Virus record (IMG/VR): IMGVR_UViG_3300042691_027063 | Coordinates: 31,648-95,647 of that record | DNA: 64,000 nt | DNA from: a virus | Reading direction: 5' to 3' (one strand) | Part shown: one piece after another, positions 9,219 to 18,732 of the stretch | Layout: each line of letters starts with the position of its first letter | How positions within the stretch are numbered: the stretch's first letter is position 1 | Made by a program: the position numbers and the translations under genes | Notes under the pieces: generated by a model | What the model was told of the DNA's origin: nothing | The model's database searches: none | The model's input: only the letters and a program-made list of their open reading frames with translations

Positions 9219-9476
9219 TCATTCTGTTGCATATACGCCTTTTTTCACTAGGTTAAGTTCTAATTCGTATTTGGCATCCCATAGGTTTTCACCTTCGTAA
9301 ATAACTTTTGGTGCTCCAGTTGCTAAGGTTTTGCTATTAACTGGGATTTCTACAACCTTTCGACGCTTTCCTTCTCCCTTTACAATAGTTAAAGCGATTG
9401 TATCGAAGCTTTGTTCGTTTTCAACTGCCCCACCAAAATCATCCACTTCCTCTTTTTTATTCTTTGCTTTACTCAT
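9219..9476 (-). CDS. hypothetical protein
   Basis: AAGGAG SD before MSKAK; overlaps the nuclease stop. Confidence 0.65.
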   Translation of the reverse strand: MSKAKNKKEEVDDFGGAVENEQSFDTIALTIVKGEGKRRKVVEIPVNSKTLATGAPKVIYEGENLWDAKYELELNLVKKGVYATE

Positions 9477-10561
9477 TTTTGCTCCTTTTTTGTACAAACA
9501 AGCCCAGTCATATCTTTATTATTATGACAGTAGTTATAATATGGACATTTTACTTTTCCGTTATATCTAATACAAGATTCCCTGTTTTCCTCGAACTCTC
9601 CTGCCGTAATTCTAGCATTTACTATATTAAACTTTTCTAAAACTTCCTGCATCTTTTCTTCTGGTATTTCATCTACAATATACTGAATAACTGCTTCTGG
9701 ATAAATTTTGTAATTAAATGCACCATTACATCTTTTGTTATTGATTTTATTTGTGCAGGTTTTTACATTTGTACCAGAGTCGTCGTGACCACAAACTGAA
9801 CATATCTTTTCTCTATTCTTTTTAATTCCCTTATGGAGCACAACATAGCCAGCTTTTTTCATGTCTGGATACTTGCTTCTAAGAAAAAACTTATATAAAG
9901 CTAATTGATCTGACTCTACGACGGAATTCTTATCGTAGTATTTTGTTGTGGTTTTTAGGTCAATTACAACCGCCCCGTTGATTCCTTTAAGGCGCAAGAC
10001 GAAATCGGCTTTACCATTTACCTTATTACCGTCACCATCTTCTAGCTCAATGACTTCTTGACAAGATAGAACCTCCTCGACATTAGAATCAACCCACTCA
10101 ATGAATTTATTAACAAGGAATGTCCCTTTGCGATAAAGAGAAATCCAGTTACAATAAGCTAGTCTTGTTGCGTCTTCTTCTGATTTTTCTTCTTTTTTGG
10201 AAAGAGATTCAAAGAGAGACCGTACACTTTCAAATGGTGTATCTTTAAGAATAAATTCGTTATCGGATTGAACGAGAAGCTCATAATCAAAGTCAGTAGG
10301 TAGATACTTAACCTCTGTACTAAGTTGAAGGTCGATGGTTTGTCCATTATGTTCTACCTCTTTCCACTTTTGCTTAAAGATTTCTTTTGCTCTAAGTGGA
10401 TTTCTTTCTTTAATATAATCTTCACAAGCGGCATCTATTGCCGATCCATAGATAAGTTGACTTGATAATTCAACTGGTCGAATCTTTTCGATGTAGTATA
10501 ATTGATACTCTTTTCCGCAGGTTAGATATCTATTTACTGACGAGTGTGATAGTGAATTCAT
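9473..10561 (-). CDS. PD-(D/E)xK (RecB/Cas4-like) exonuclease
   Basis: LSHSS...YLTCG, E, GKADFV, IDLKT, QLALY, C-terminal Cys cluster. Confidence 0.85.
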   Translation of the reverse strand: MNSLSHSSVNRYLTCGKEYQLYYIEKIRPVELSSQLIYGSAIDAACEDYIKERNPLRAKEIFKQKWKEVEHNGQTIDLQLSTEVKYLPTDFDYELLVQSDNEFILKDTPFESVRSLFESLSKKEEKSEEDATRLAYCNWISLYRKGTFLVNKFIEWVDSNVEEVLSCQEVIELEDGDGNKVNGKADFVLRLKGINGAVVIDLKTTTKYYDKNSVVESDQLALYKFFLRSKYPDMKKAGYVVLHKGIKKNREKICSVCGHDDSGTNVKTCTNKINNKRCNGAFNYKIYPEAVIQYIVDEIPEEKMQEVLEKFNIVNARITAGEFEENRESCIRYNGKVKCPYYNYCHNNKDMTGLVCTKKEQK

Positions 10562-11040
10562 TTGTATCTCTCTTCGTCCCAATGTAGTTTTATACAGTCA
10601 CCAGTCTTGCAACCAAAATACTCATTAACATATTTTTGGTAATTAATGACATAGCTTATACCTAAAAACTTAGCAGCTTGCATTATGCTTGGAGGTGCGT
10701 CGTGTTCATAGTTTAGTACACAATGACCAAGTTCGTGCATAATTAATTCGTCTTTATGATAGAGCTTTGCTTTTTCCCAGAATCTTCTATCTATCTCTAC
10801 TCTGTTAATTAAGTAGTAACAAACTCCAGCTGTTCCTTCATCTAAGTCCGCGAATTGAATTTCTGTTTCTCTGACCTTACCAATATACCTATCTAATCCA
10901 AACCTGTGTAAATTTTGAATATATTCTTCGACAAAAGGAGAAAAGCTAGATTGCTTCAGCCCGTTCGTCGAGGGTTTTGTTTCCATTAATAAGCTTAATA
11001 CTGCGGAAAATATTAAAATGTGCAGAACCCTTGATATCAT
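10558..11040 (-). CDS. zinc metallopeptidase with N-terminal hydrophobic segment
   Basis: HELGHCVLNYEH (metzincin-like), SIM turn, AGVC. Confidence 0.7.
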   Translation of the reverse strand: MISRVLHILIFSAVLSLLMETKPSTNGLKQSSFSPFVEEYIQNLHRFGLDRYIGKVRETEIQFADLDEGTAGVCYYLINRVEIDRRFWEKAKLYHKDELIMHELGHCVLNYEHDAPPSIMQAAKFLGISYVINYQKYVNEYFGCKTGDCIKLHWDEERYK

Positions 11041-11266
11041 TGCAGCCCTTACATACAAGTCTCAGATTAGCTTGAGCATGAGTTCCACCCTTTGAGATTG
11101 GGATAAAGTGGTCAATCGTTGCTAGGTCTGGACAGTTTTTATTTTCAGTGTGAAGATTTCTTTTTCCACAATACTCACAAACATAAACTCCATTATTTTT
11201 TTCAAGATTGCGGAGTCTAATTACTTTTTTATTCTTATGAAAATTACCGCTATATCCCTTAGCCAT
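10946..11266 (-). CDS. HNH endonuclease (McrA-like)
   Basis: CEYCG, TIDHFIPISKGG, NLRLVCKGCNDIKG. Confidence 0.85.
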   Translation of the reverse strand: MAKGYSGNFHKNKKVIRLRNLEKNNGVYVCEYCGKRNLHTENKNCPDLATIDHFIPISKGGTHAQANLRLVCKGCNDIKGSAHFNIFRSIKLINGNKTLDERAEAI

Positions 11267-11393
11267 AGTCTTTCCCTTTGTGTTTAGATTTTCTAGTGTA
11301 ATCCTTCTTAGATTTCATTACACTATTAGGTTTTTTTGCAACCGGCTTCCTAGTCTTTGGAATCGGTATAGTCAGTTTAAATGATTTCTTCAT
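11259..11393 (-). CDS. small basic protein with ArfA-like C-terminus (not in ORF track)
   Basis: MKKSFKLTIPIPKTRKPVAKKPNSVMKSKKDYTRKSKHKGKDYG, 44 aa. Confidence 0.5.
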   Translation of the reverse strand: MKKSFKLTIPIPKTRKPVAKKPNSVMKSKKDYTRKSKHKGKDYG

Positions 11394-11702
11394 GGTTGTC
11401 AAGTCCTAAAAGCATTTATAAATGCTTTTTTATTTACAGCAACTGAACAAAAAGCCGAATTAGTACATCCTGTTATTCTTTTTACAATGAAAGTATCATC
11501 ATAGAATTCGATAAATAGACCGTTACTAAATTTCCTAATTCTATCTTGACTATTATAGTATGAAATAAAGCCCTCATTACCTCCATATTCTTTCCATACT
11601 CTAACCCTAGATAGATCCCATTTATCTGGATAATACAGTCTCCAGTCGCAACCTGAGAAAAAGCAAAGTAATTTAATTAGAAATAATTTCATGGTTGTCA
11701 AG
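11389..11702. repeat. 15-bp direct repeat pair flanking one gene
   Basis: TTCATGGTTGTCAAG at 11389-11403 and 11688-11702. Confidence 0.75.
11399..11692 (-). CDS. hypothetical protein, possible lipoprotein
   Basis: MKLFLIKLLCFFSGC hydrophobic N-terminus with SGC. Confidence 0.55.
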   Translation of the reverse strand: MKLFLIKLLCFFSGCDWRLYYPDKWDLSRVRVWKEYGGNEGFISYYNSQDRIRKFSNGLFIEFYDDTFIVKRITGCTNSAFCSVAVNKKAFINAFRT

Positions 11703-12095
11703 CTTTATGTTTTTTAAAATAACTTCATATATAGGTTTGTTTAGTTTTAACATTTCTTTTTTCATATTTGCCGATCCCTTTGAATCTCCATCCCATATTA
11801 AAAGTAAAGCATCTGCATATTCTGCCATTTCTTTGTTCCTTATAGGACCAGCTGCTTTACCGTGTTTGTCCCATTCTGCAGGAAATTCTTTATATCTTCC
11901 AAAAAAATGTTTATCGTATACAGTTGGTCCTGTGCTTTCACATAGTCTCTTTGCTGCAAAATCTATTCCAGATGCCCCACCAGAAACAACTTCTGAAATT
12001 TCACAAACTCGTCCAGCTAAATAAAAATTTAAAACGTTATGTAGGAATGTATGATGAATCTTAAAATTCCTACTTCCAGCAATAATTAATTTCAT
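11673..12095 (-). CDS. YspA/DUF2493 SLOG-family protein
   Basis: IIAGSR, VSGGASGID, AEWDKHGKAAGPIRNKEM, WDGDSKGSANM. Confidence 0.85.
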   Translation of the reverse strand: MKLIIAGSRNFKIHHTFLHNVLNFYLAGRVCEISEVVSGGASGIDFAAKRLCESTGPTVYDKHFFGRYKEFPAEWDKHGKAAGPIRNKEMAEYADALLLIWDGDSKGSANMKKEMLKLNKPIYEVILKNIKLDNHEIISN

Positions 12096-12185
12096 AAATT
12101 ATTTCCTATATAATATAGAAAATTACTAATATAATTATACAAATAACGAGTTCACCAAGGAACCATTTATCTGAAAAGGATAATT

Positions 12186-12380
12186 TCATTTCTTCTCCAA
12201 GATACATCTCTCAAGAGCTTTGTGTTTTACTAAATTAGTTTTATTATTTACACAATGGATATATGATTGTTGGCATGATAACTGTTTTCTAGCTACATCA
12301 TTAATATAAGAATATCTTGCGTTCTCATCGTTTGTTGCTGTTACTTGGCATAACATAGCAATTGCAATAAAAAAATCCAT
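12186..12380 (-). CDS. small Cys-containing protein with hydrophobic N-terminus
   Basis: 64 aa, coupled to the upstream gene. Confidence 0.55.
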   Translation of the reverse strand: MDFFIAIAMLCQVTATNDENARYSYINDVARKQLSCQQSYIHCVNNKTNLVKHKALERCILEKK

Positions 12381-13093
12381 TATAGTTTCTCCTTAATCGG
12401 ATGATCATCTGGAAAATAAAGATTACATTGATTGTCAAAATCTCCAAATTTATTCATTAGAAAATTGACAATTCTATCTGCTAACTTTGGACTTCTCATG
12501 AGTTTCTTAAGTTTGAATCCCAACATTACTGTTGTTTTCTCTTTTCGAAATATAGTAAATAAGCTAGCGATGATAAAATACAAAGTCCTAATAAGCCCAG
12601 GTGACCGATTAGCACATCTGTAATAGAAGTATTGTTGTTCAGGGCGATGCCAAAAAGCAAGGCTCCAGATAGCTGGATACTTAACGACAGCGGTTCTAGG
12701 ATTTTCTTCATTTGCTAAACCCTCATATGCTTCGATTACATCGTTGATTACAAGCTTGCGAAATGGAGCAGGCGTGAATCCTTCTATATCACAATACTGG
12801 AAGTAATTCTTTTCACCGAACTCAACAATATCAGCAGCGTATGTTACATCTAGTCCAGCAAGTCCAACATACTCATCGTGGCTGATTGGAATATGATATC
12901 CACCAGGATGACGAGAAATAGCTTTTTCATCTAAGCTATTGACTTCATTACTAATAACTGAGTCAAATTCAACTGGCAGTCCAACCATTGATGCATAGAA
13001 GCTATAGATGTATGCATTGTTTGTTGGATATGGATTAGTTTCTGTTACTGGTTTGATATGCCATCTTCCATGTTTGTCAATGTAATTACTCAT
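12380..13093 (-). CDS. hypothetical protein
   Basis: 237 aa ORF with AGGAG SD and its own promoter. Confidence 0.75.
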   Translation of the reverse strand: MSNYIDKHGRWHIKPVTETNPYPTNNAYIYSFYASMVGLPVEFDSVISNEVNSLDEKAISRHPGGYHIPISHDEYVGLAGLDVTYAADIVEFGEKNYFQYCDIEGFTPAPFRKLVINDVIEAYEGLANEENPRTAVVKYPAIWSLAFWHRPEQQYFYYRCANRSPGLIRTLYFIIASLFTIFRKEKTTVMLGFKLKKLMRSPKLADRIVNFLMNKFGDFDNQCNLYFPDDHPIKEKL

Positions 13094-13110
13094 ATTTTTC
13101 TCCTAATTGA

Positions 13111-13139
13111 AAGATAACACAAAGAAAAAGATTTGTCAA
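13111..13139 (-). promoter_or_regulatory. sigma70-type promoter
   Basis: TTGACA-17-TATCTT with extended TG. Confidence 0.6.
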
Positions 13140-13453
13140 TTAGAATTTTTCTTTATTAAAATCAGATTATTATGGAAAGCACCGGCTTTTTCATTTTTAT
13201 CTTTTCTTGCTTTTTGAATATCTTTTTTTGTGAAGTCCATAACTTCTATGTACTTATCTAGAATTTCGTAAAGGTCAGCGAGCTCTTCTAATAATTCTTC
13301 TCTTGTCTTTGAGTTAATAACTTCGTTAAGTTCTTCTTGTACTTTCTCTATGGCATACATAGGGACACTGTATTTATCCGCAATTTCAATTTCCAAGGTT
13401 CTACCCTGTTCTTTTGCAATATCTGGAATTTTATCTCTAATTAGTTTTTTCAT
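13136..13453 (-). CDS. MazG-like nucleoside triphosphate pyrophosphohydrolase
   Basis: KLIRDKIP, EKVQEE, LEELADLYE, KNEKAGAF. Confidence 0.85.
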   Translation of the reverse strand: MKKLIRDKIPDIAKEQGRTLEIEIADKYSVPMYAIEKVQEELNEVINSKTREELLEELADLYEILDKYIEVMDFTKKDIQKARKDKNEKAGAFHNNLILIKKNSN

Positions 13454-13532
13454 ATTACTTTTTTACCTAAAAGCATTTTCCACAAAAGCCTACCAATTAC
13501 AAATCCAATAGCATACACGAATATTTCGTAGT

Positions 13533-13721
13533 TCACTTTAATTCCTTTACCTTAGATGCATCAATCATAAGCTTCAATGAATTATTAATTACTTCACCAT
13601 TAGCTAAAGCTAGAACATCTTCAATTGCTTGACAATATCCTTCGTTATAAATTTCTTCTACGTCTTTCTTTGTGTATGGGAGAGAATACTGATATTGTTT
13701 GAGAACTTGATCTAAAGTCAT
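13533..13721 (-). CDS. hypothetical protein
   Basis: 62 aa; AAGGAG SD lies within a hairpin. Confidence 0.6.
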   Translation of the reverse strand: MTLDQVLKQYQYSLPYTKKDVEEIYNEGYCQAIEDVLALANGEVINNSLKLMIDASKVKELK

Positions 13722-13726
13722 ATATG

Positions 13727-13786
13727 CTCCTTAGCCTCTTCATTGAAGCTAAGGAGAAAGATACATTATAATTATTCGTTTGTCAA
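13727..13786 (-). promoter_or_regulatory. promoter overlapping an anti-SD hairpin
   Basis: TTGACA-17-TATCTT (13758-13786); inverted repeat CTCCTTAGC/GCTAAGGAG at 13727-13735 and 13748-13756. Confidence 0.55.
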
Positions 13787-14107
13787 GGAGAATGTTTCAT
13801 TGATGTGTTTAATTAGCTCTTCTTCTGTCTTTACTCCAACAATTCGACTTACCTCGTGTCCGTCTTTCTGAAATACAAGAGTTGGAATACCTCTGATATT
13901 ATGTCTACTTGGAGCGTCTTTATCTTTATCAATGTCAATATCCTGTAACTCGACTCCAGTCTTTTCTGCTGCAGCTTTTACAATCGGAGCCATTTGCTGA
14001 CAAGGTGGACACCATCTAGCTGAAAACTTTAGAATGACATTCTTTGCATTTGCTGACATAGGTAAAACTCCTAGAAATAAAATTAATGCTAACTTCCTAC
14101 TGTCCAT
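13772..14107 (-). CDS. trx: thioredoxin (two candidate starts, 14107 and 14059)
   Basis: FSARWCPPC, IRGIPTLVF. Confidence 0.9.
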   Translation of the reverse strand: MDSRKLALILFLGVLPMSANAKNVILKFSARWCPPCQQMAPIVKAAAEKTGVELQDIDIDKDKDAPSRHNIRGIPTLVFQKDGHEVSRIVGVKTEEELIKHINETFSLTNE

Positions 14108-14643
14108 ATAACCTCGTTGTAATCGTATGGCGGTAGCTTTTCTTTCCCATCCACACACATTGCTTTATCAAGAAATCTAAGCCTGTACTGAGGTGCTATA
14201 TGGAAATTGCCTTCTTCGCTTTTAATACAGTGATACATCTTCCAGTGAATAGGGTGTCTAGATAGATCGTACTTACCAACACAATCTATAGTAAATAGAT
14301 ACTCTCCTTTGATTATCTCTCCACTGAATAGCTTAAGAGACACTGGCATATATAGTAACAAGTCGTATTGTATTACATCGATTTCGCTAGATATTGAATC
14401 CCACATCTGACAATCGTTTAAATCTCTTTTAACAGCGTTGTCTTTAAATGATATAGCATGGGCAGGGAGTCCAGTAAAAAGCGCACCATCACCCAATAGA
14501 ACCTGAAATTGAAAGGCTTGGTTCTGTATGCTTCTCACACCTACTAAATGTCCGACAGTAAACTCCCCATGTCCTGTCTTCTGACCAAACAAGAATTCAT
14601 TCCTTACATATACTTGAATAGGAGGTAGATTTTTATTTGTCAT
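14089..14643 (-). CDS. conserved phage hypothetical protein
   Basis: 184 aa; NLPPIQVYVRNEFL, LPAHA, YLFTID. Confidence 0.7.
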   Translation of the reverse strand: MTNKNLPPIQVYVRNEFLFGQKTGHGEFTVGHLVGVRSIQNQAFQFQVLLGDGALFTGLPAHAISFKDNAVKRDLNDCQMWDSISSEIDVIQYDLLLYMPVSLKLFSGEIIKGEYLFTIDCVGKYDLSRHPIHWKMYHCIKSEEGNFHIAPQYRLRFLDKAMCVDGKEKLPPYDYNEVIWTVGS

Positions 14644-14793
14644 TTTTAATTAATAAAGCTCTTATGAACATATAAGCAGAAGCAAATCCAAGACCCAATC
14701 CAAAAAGATTAAATCTAGTATCTAGAAGTAGAATATTCCCAATGCAAAGAATATATCCGCAGGTTGTGTAATACATTTTCTCTTGTAGTTTTG

Positions 14794-15159
14794 TCATTGG
14801 TAATCCATAAAGTAAACTCGTTTTGCTCCAGCTAAAAGCTTAAGCACATACTGACAACCATCTTTAAGCAAGACAACTTCTTTTTCTTCTCCTTGCTCAT
14901 AAATTGCAGCAACATCAAAAATCTCATCTTTCATCCTCCCAACTGCAATCTTTCTTCCGATTGATTTGTTGTAGTTATCCTTAACAGAACAAGCAGCTTT
15001 TCCGATCTTAGCTTCTAGCTGGTCCCCAAGCTGGAGTTCTTTAAACATATCTACTGGAATTTCTTCCATGGCAATAGTTTCTCCACCTCTAGCGGAGAGT
15101 TCAATTTCTCCATCTTTTCTAAATCGAGCAAACCTAGCATGAAAAAATTGTATATTCAT
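14794..15159 (-). CDS. hypothetical protein
   Basis: ACSVKDNYNKSIGRKIA motif; AAGGA SD before MNIQF. Confidence 0.65.
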   Translation of the reverse strand: MNIQFFHARFARFRKDGEIELSARGGETIAMEEIPVDMFKELQLGDQLEAKIGKAACSVKDNYNKSIGRKIAVGRMKDEIFDVAAIYEQGEEKEVVLLKDGCQYVLKLLAGAKRVYFMDYQ

Positions 15160-15176
15160 TTCTTTCCTTTTTAGCA

Positions 15177-15205
15177 ATCATATTATAGATTTAATTATTT
15201 GTCAA
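15177..15205 (-). promoter_or_regulatory. sigma70-type promoter
   Basis: TTGACA-17-TATGAT. Confidence 0.65.
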
Positions 15206-15382
15206 GTATTTTTTCCAATATTTAATTGTTTCATCTTTTATCTTGACATTTTTTTCTACAGCAATTAGTGTGTCAGATGCTTTTGAAAAATAACTGACTG
15301 TGTATTTGCCGTAGTCTTTGCCCTTATATCGAAGGTTTAATCTTACATAAAAACTATTAATGTCAATGTGATACGTATTCAT
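15191..15382 (-). CDS. hypothetical protein
   Basis: 63 aa ORF. Confidence 0.55.
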   Translation of the reverse strand: MNTYHIDINSFYVRLNLRYKGKDYGKYTVSYFSKASDTLIAVEKNVKIKDETIKYWKKYLTNN

Positions 15383-15502
15383 TAAAAATCCTGCATATCT
15401 TGAATCCGTTTATCAATAAAAAAGATTTGGTTTTTAAAACTGATTCTTTGATCTTCGGTTAGATTATCGAATGTATAATAAAACAAAGTATCTAGTTCTT
15501 GT

Positions 15503-15769
15503 CTAAGGGTTCTCAGTTCGCTCAGTGTCATCTTCAATCCTTTTGATCGATGGTTCCTTGTGCCAAGCTGATGCTCGACCGTCTATATTAAATACCACAA
15601 GACTGTCGAAGTTGTCAAACTTTACTGATAAAAATAATCCATTTGCTGAAATAGAATGAACCTTTCCTTCATTACCAAATAAGGCAATTACTCTGTCTCC
15701 CGGCTGAAAGGGCTGCTCTTTCTCTTGGTGTTTGTCTGATATTAAATCCACTAAGGTAGATTGTTCCAT
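15503..15769 (-). CDS. hypothetical protein, SH3/KOW-like
   Basis: FQPGDRV...GKV; AAGGA SD before MEQST. Confidence 0.55.
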   Translation of the reverse strand: MEQSTLVDLISDKHQEKEQPFQPGDRVIALFGNEGKVHSISANGLFLSVKFDNFDSLVVFNIDGRASAWHKEPSIKRIEDDTERTENP

Positions 15770-16085
15770 ACATTGATCCTTCTGTGATAATCCGTGTGCT
15801 GTACATGGAGGAATCGTCAAAGTGATGACTTCTTTCATAGGGAATTGTATATGATATCGATGTAAGTGATTCTGATCCTAATGGTTCGATGCGAAGTTGT
15901 CGATTAGAAGCTCGTCGAATCATTTCTTCTCGGTCTCTTCTTGACTGTTCTAACCTTCTTTCTTCTGCTTCTCTTTCTTGTCTTCGATTGCGGAACATAT
16001 TTCGAATTGCATTTACAAAAGGCATTTTAAGCTCCAATATATCTTAATACCATAATAAAGAAAACCAATACGATGATGTTTTTAA

Positions 16086-16208
16086 TCATCGAGTTTGGTC
16101 AGAACGAACTGCTTCAATCCATTCTTTTTCTTCTTTGGTTAACTGCTCTGTTGTACTACAAGATGTAGTGATAAGAAATGTTACTGCTAAAAAAATTGGA
16201 ATAATCAT
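16086..16208 (-). CDS. small putative lipoprotein (not in ORF track)
   Basis: MIIPIFLAVTFLITTSCSTTE..., 40 aa, AAGGAG SD. Confidence 0.5.
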   Translation of the reverse strand: MIIPIFLAVTFLITTSCSTTEQLTKEEKEWIEAVRSDQTR

Positions 16209-16216
16209 AAAACTCC

Positions 16217-18070
16217 TTAAACGATTTCGCAAATTCCGCCAGCCGAACAAGCCAATTGTTCTGCGCGATTAGTATTATCTTCGAACTCCATTACCTTTGT
16301 CAAGTCAATTTCGTTAACCATCTTATTATATTTTTCAAAAGTAGCTTTGTCAGTGTCCTCGAAAGGTGCCTGTTGATAAACAGCATCAGAGAAAGGTAGG
16401 AGACTAACAGCAGCATACTGGAAACGATCTTCCCATAGTCGAGCTAGAAGAGTATCAATTTCTTCTGGCTTGTAATTAATAGTGCAGCTTACGTTATGTG
16501 TATTCTCTCCTGATCTGTGACCAGGAAGTACCCAATTATTGTAGTAATGTTTCACTCGATCGAAGAGACTAAGAGCTGACTCTTGATGACGAGTAATTGC
16601 ACCTGCTGGAGATTCCTGTGGGATAGTAACTACAACGCCACTTGGACTAAAAATGTCAGCCTCTACTAGCTCTGGGATAACTTTACTCAAATATCGAGCA
16701 AGTTCATCATCTTTATTCATTCGTACACGACGCAAGTAATACTCACTGTGGCGAGCGTGGATTCCCGAGCTAGACCCAAGAACGCAAGAAGCCGTTCCTT
16801 CAGGCTTAATAGCAGTAGTTCTTGCGGCGATATTGATACCAATTTTGCGGGCATATTTTTCGTTGACTTCAAGTACCGTTCTAGCCGCAGCTTGGAGCTG
16901 ATCGGCAGATAACCCGGGGGAATCCGCGATACCAGTGAAGGAGCAACCAATAAGTGCTTCTTGTTCAGTAACTGTTCTCCATCTTTCTGAAAGATAAGGG
17001 AAATCAGTGAAGCCAGCCTGGAGAGTTCCCAGAAGTGCGGCTGCATATACACGATTGTGAAAGTCTTTGTCATTCTTGATGCCAGTTAGATTTGTAGTGG
17101 TAAGATTGCAGAACTGATTCGATCGAAGACCGATCTCTGCACATGGGTTTGTTCCCCAATCCATATCATTAGTGAATACAAAACCGGGTTCGCCAGCGTT
17201 AGAAGCAATACACATATCAAAAACGTGCTTAAACTCTTCATAAGTAACCTCGTGTCTTGGTAATACTGCACTATTGTTAGCTCTGGCTCTGTGAGGATGA
17301 CGCTCCCACCAGTTACCATGCTTACATGTTAGCATATCATTGTCGTCTCTGTCGAATAAAGCGATAAGTGCTGCTCTACGAATACCTCCAGATAGTACAC
17401 AGTCTGCAATCAGACAAATCATATCGTGAGTTTCTAGAGTTGTTAGCTTTCTTCCTACCGCTTTCTTTAGAATAGCTTCTACTTTTTCAAGCATTGCTTT
17501 AAGAGGCTCAGGTCCAGGAGCTTTTGCTCCAGTAGTTACAAGATAAGAACCCTTCTGACGGACTCTGCTGAAGTCAAATACAGGTCTAATAGCACCGAAT
17601 AGATATGCGGAGATAAGTTGGTTAAGCGATTCAGCCCAGCCTTCAATGGAGTCATGAACAACATAGATTCCTTCCTCTTTTGGTTGACGTACAGTAGGTA
17701 GTTGTCCTACGTGACGTTTTTGTACTGAATATCCAAAGCCAGTTCCTGATAGTAGTAGGAACAAAGCTTCCGCAAAGATACGCGGATATGTAATGTTTGC
17801 AAATGAACAGTTAAATAGTCGGACATTATTTCTAAAGATAGCTTCCCCTCCAAACTGTAGGGAACGCATAGATGGCATTACGTTAAAGTCATGTAGTTGT
17901 TTACCAGCTTTAAGAATATCTCGACTTAGCTTTGGGTATTTATCAAGAAACATATGAAGGTTTCTATTCAATGTTTCTTCTAAAGTCTCTCGTCGATTCA
18001 AATGATTTAAATGTTTAGCGTATGTACGATATGCAACAATTTCTGACAATAGACGATTAGACTTATTCAC
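16217..18070 (-). CDS. nrdJ: class II (adenosylcobalamin-dependent) ribonucleotide reductase
   Basis: PSMRSL, FNCSF, GGIRRAA, TNPCAEI, KPEGT, C-terminal ACSAGGICEI; no beta subunit seen. Confidence 0.9.
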   Translation of the reverse strand: MNKSNRLLSEIVAYRTYAKHLNHLNRRETLEETLNRNLHMFLDKYPKLSRDILKAGKQLHDFNVMPSMRSLQFGGEAIFRNNVRLFNCSFANITYPRIFAEALFLLLSGTGFGYSVQKRHVGQLPTVRQPKEEGIYVVHDSIEGWAESLNQLISAYLFGAIRPVFDFSRVRQKGSYLVTTGAKAPGPEPLKAMLEKVEAILKKAVGRKLTTLETHDMICLIADCVLSGGIRRAALIALFDRDDNDMLTCKHGNWWERHPHRARANNSAVLPRHEVTYEEFKHVFDMCIASNAGEPGFVFTNDMDWGTNPCAEIGLRSNQFCNLTTTNLTGIKNDKDFHNRVYAAALLGTLQAGFTDFPYLSERWRTVTEQEALIGCSFTGIADSPGLSADQLQAAARTVLEVNEKYARKIGINIAARTTAIKPEGTASCVLGSSSGIHARHSEYYLRRVRMNKDDELARYLSKVIPELVEADIFSPSGVVVTIPQESPAGAITRHQESALSLFDRVKHYYNNWVLPGHRSGENTHNVSCTINYKPEEIDTLLARLWEDRFQYAAVSLLPFSDAVYQQAPFEDTDKATFEKYNKMVNEIDLTKVMEFEDNTNRAEQLACSAGGICEIV

Positions 18071-18078
18071 AGTTCTCC

Positions 18079-18306
18079 TTATAGATATGGTTTAATTAGA
18101 TAAGCAATTAGAAGAGCCGAGTTAATCCACATTCCAACAAATCCAAGCAAAATAAGAACAGCTAATAGATTTGGAATAACGCCAGTTACCACAAATCCAG
18201 GCTTACTTAAATCAATCTTCAGTGCCGAGACATATAGAGTTAGTGCAACTCTTCCTCCATAATATAACACAACACTAGCTAAAGTTGCAAGTAAAAAGAT
18301 ATTCAT
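18079..18306 (-). CDS. two-TM membrane protein
   Basis: two hydrophobic segments. Confidence 0.6.
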   Translation of the reverse strand: MNIFLLATLASVVLYYGGRVALTLYVSALKIDLSKPGFVVTGVIPNLLAVLILLGFVGMWINSALLIAYLIKPYL

Positions 18307-18330
18307 AATTCATTTTCCAATGTTACTTAT

Positions 18331-18732
18331 TTAGCCATCACCATTACTTAAAAGTTCTTCCATTTTTTTCTTCAAAGCAAGCTCTGATTCTGTTGGACCT
18401 CTAGTGAAATCTTCATCCATGATGATAGTACCCTCTTCTTCTTTCGAAGCTGATTTCTTAACTGGCTTTGGTTTTTCAATATTAACAACGGTTACATTTT
18501 TTCTACTAGCCTCAACCTTAGCTTTCTGTTCCTTCATTTTCTTTTCGTTGTCAAAAGCAGCAGAATAATATTCAATGCTAGAAATTGCTTCTAGTAGCTC
18601 TGCTTTATTGACAACCATACGACCTTGACCTAATCGCAAAAGAAGGAAGTCGGGGTCTTCTGTTACTCGTTGAACAATTACTTCTTCGCCTTCTTCATTT
18701 GTATTAACATAGACAGTTAATTCTTTTCTCAT
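18331..18732 (-). CDS. hypothetical protein
   Basis: 133 aa, GAGGAG SD. Confidence 0.7.
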   Translation of the reverse strand: MRKELTVYVNTNEEGEEVIVQRVTEDPDFLLLRLGQGRMVVNKAELLEAISSIEYYSAAFDNEKKMKEQKAKVEASRKNVTVVNIEKPKPVKKSASKEEEGTIIMDEDFTRGPTESELALKKKMEELLSNGDG

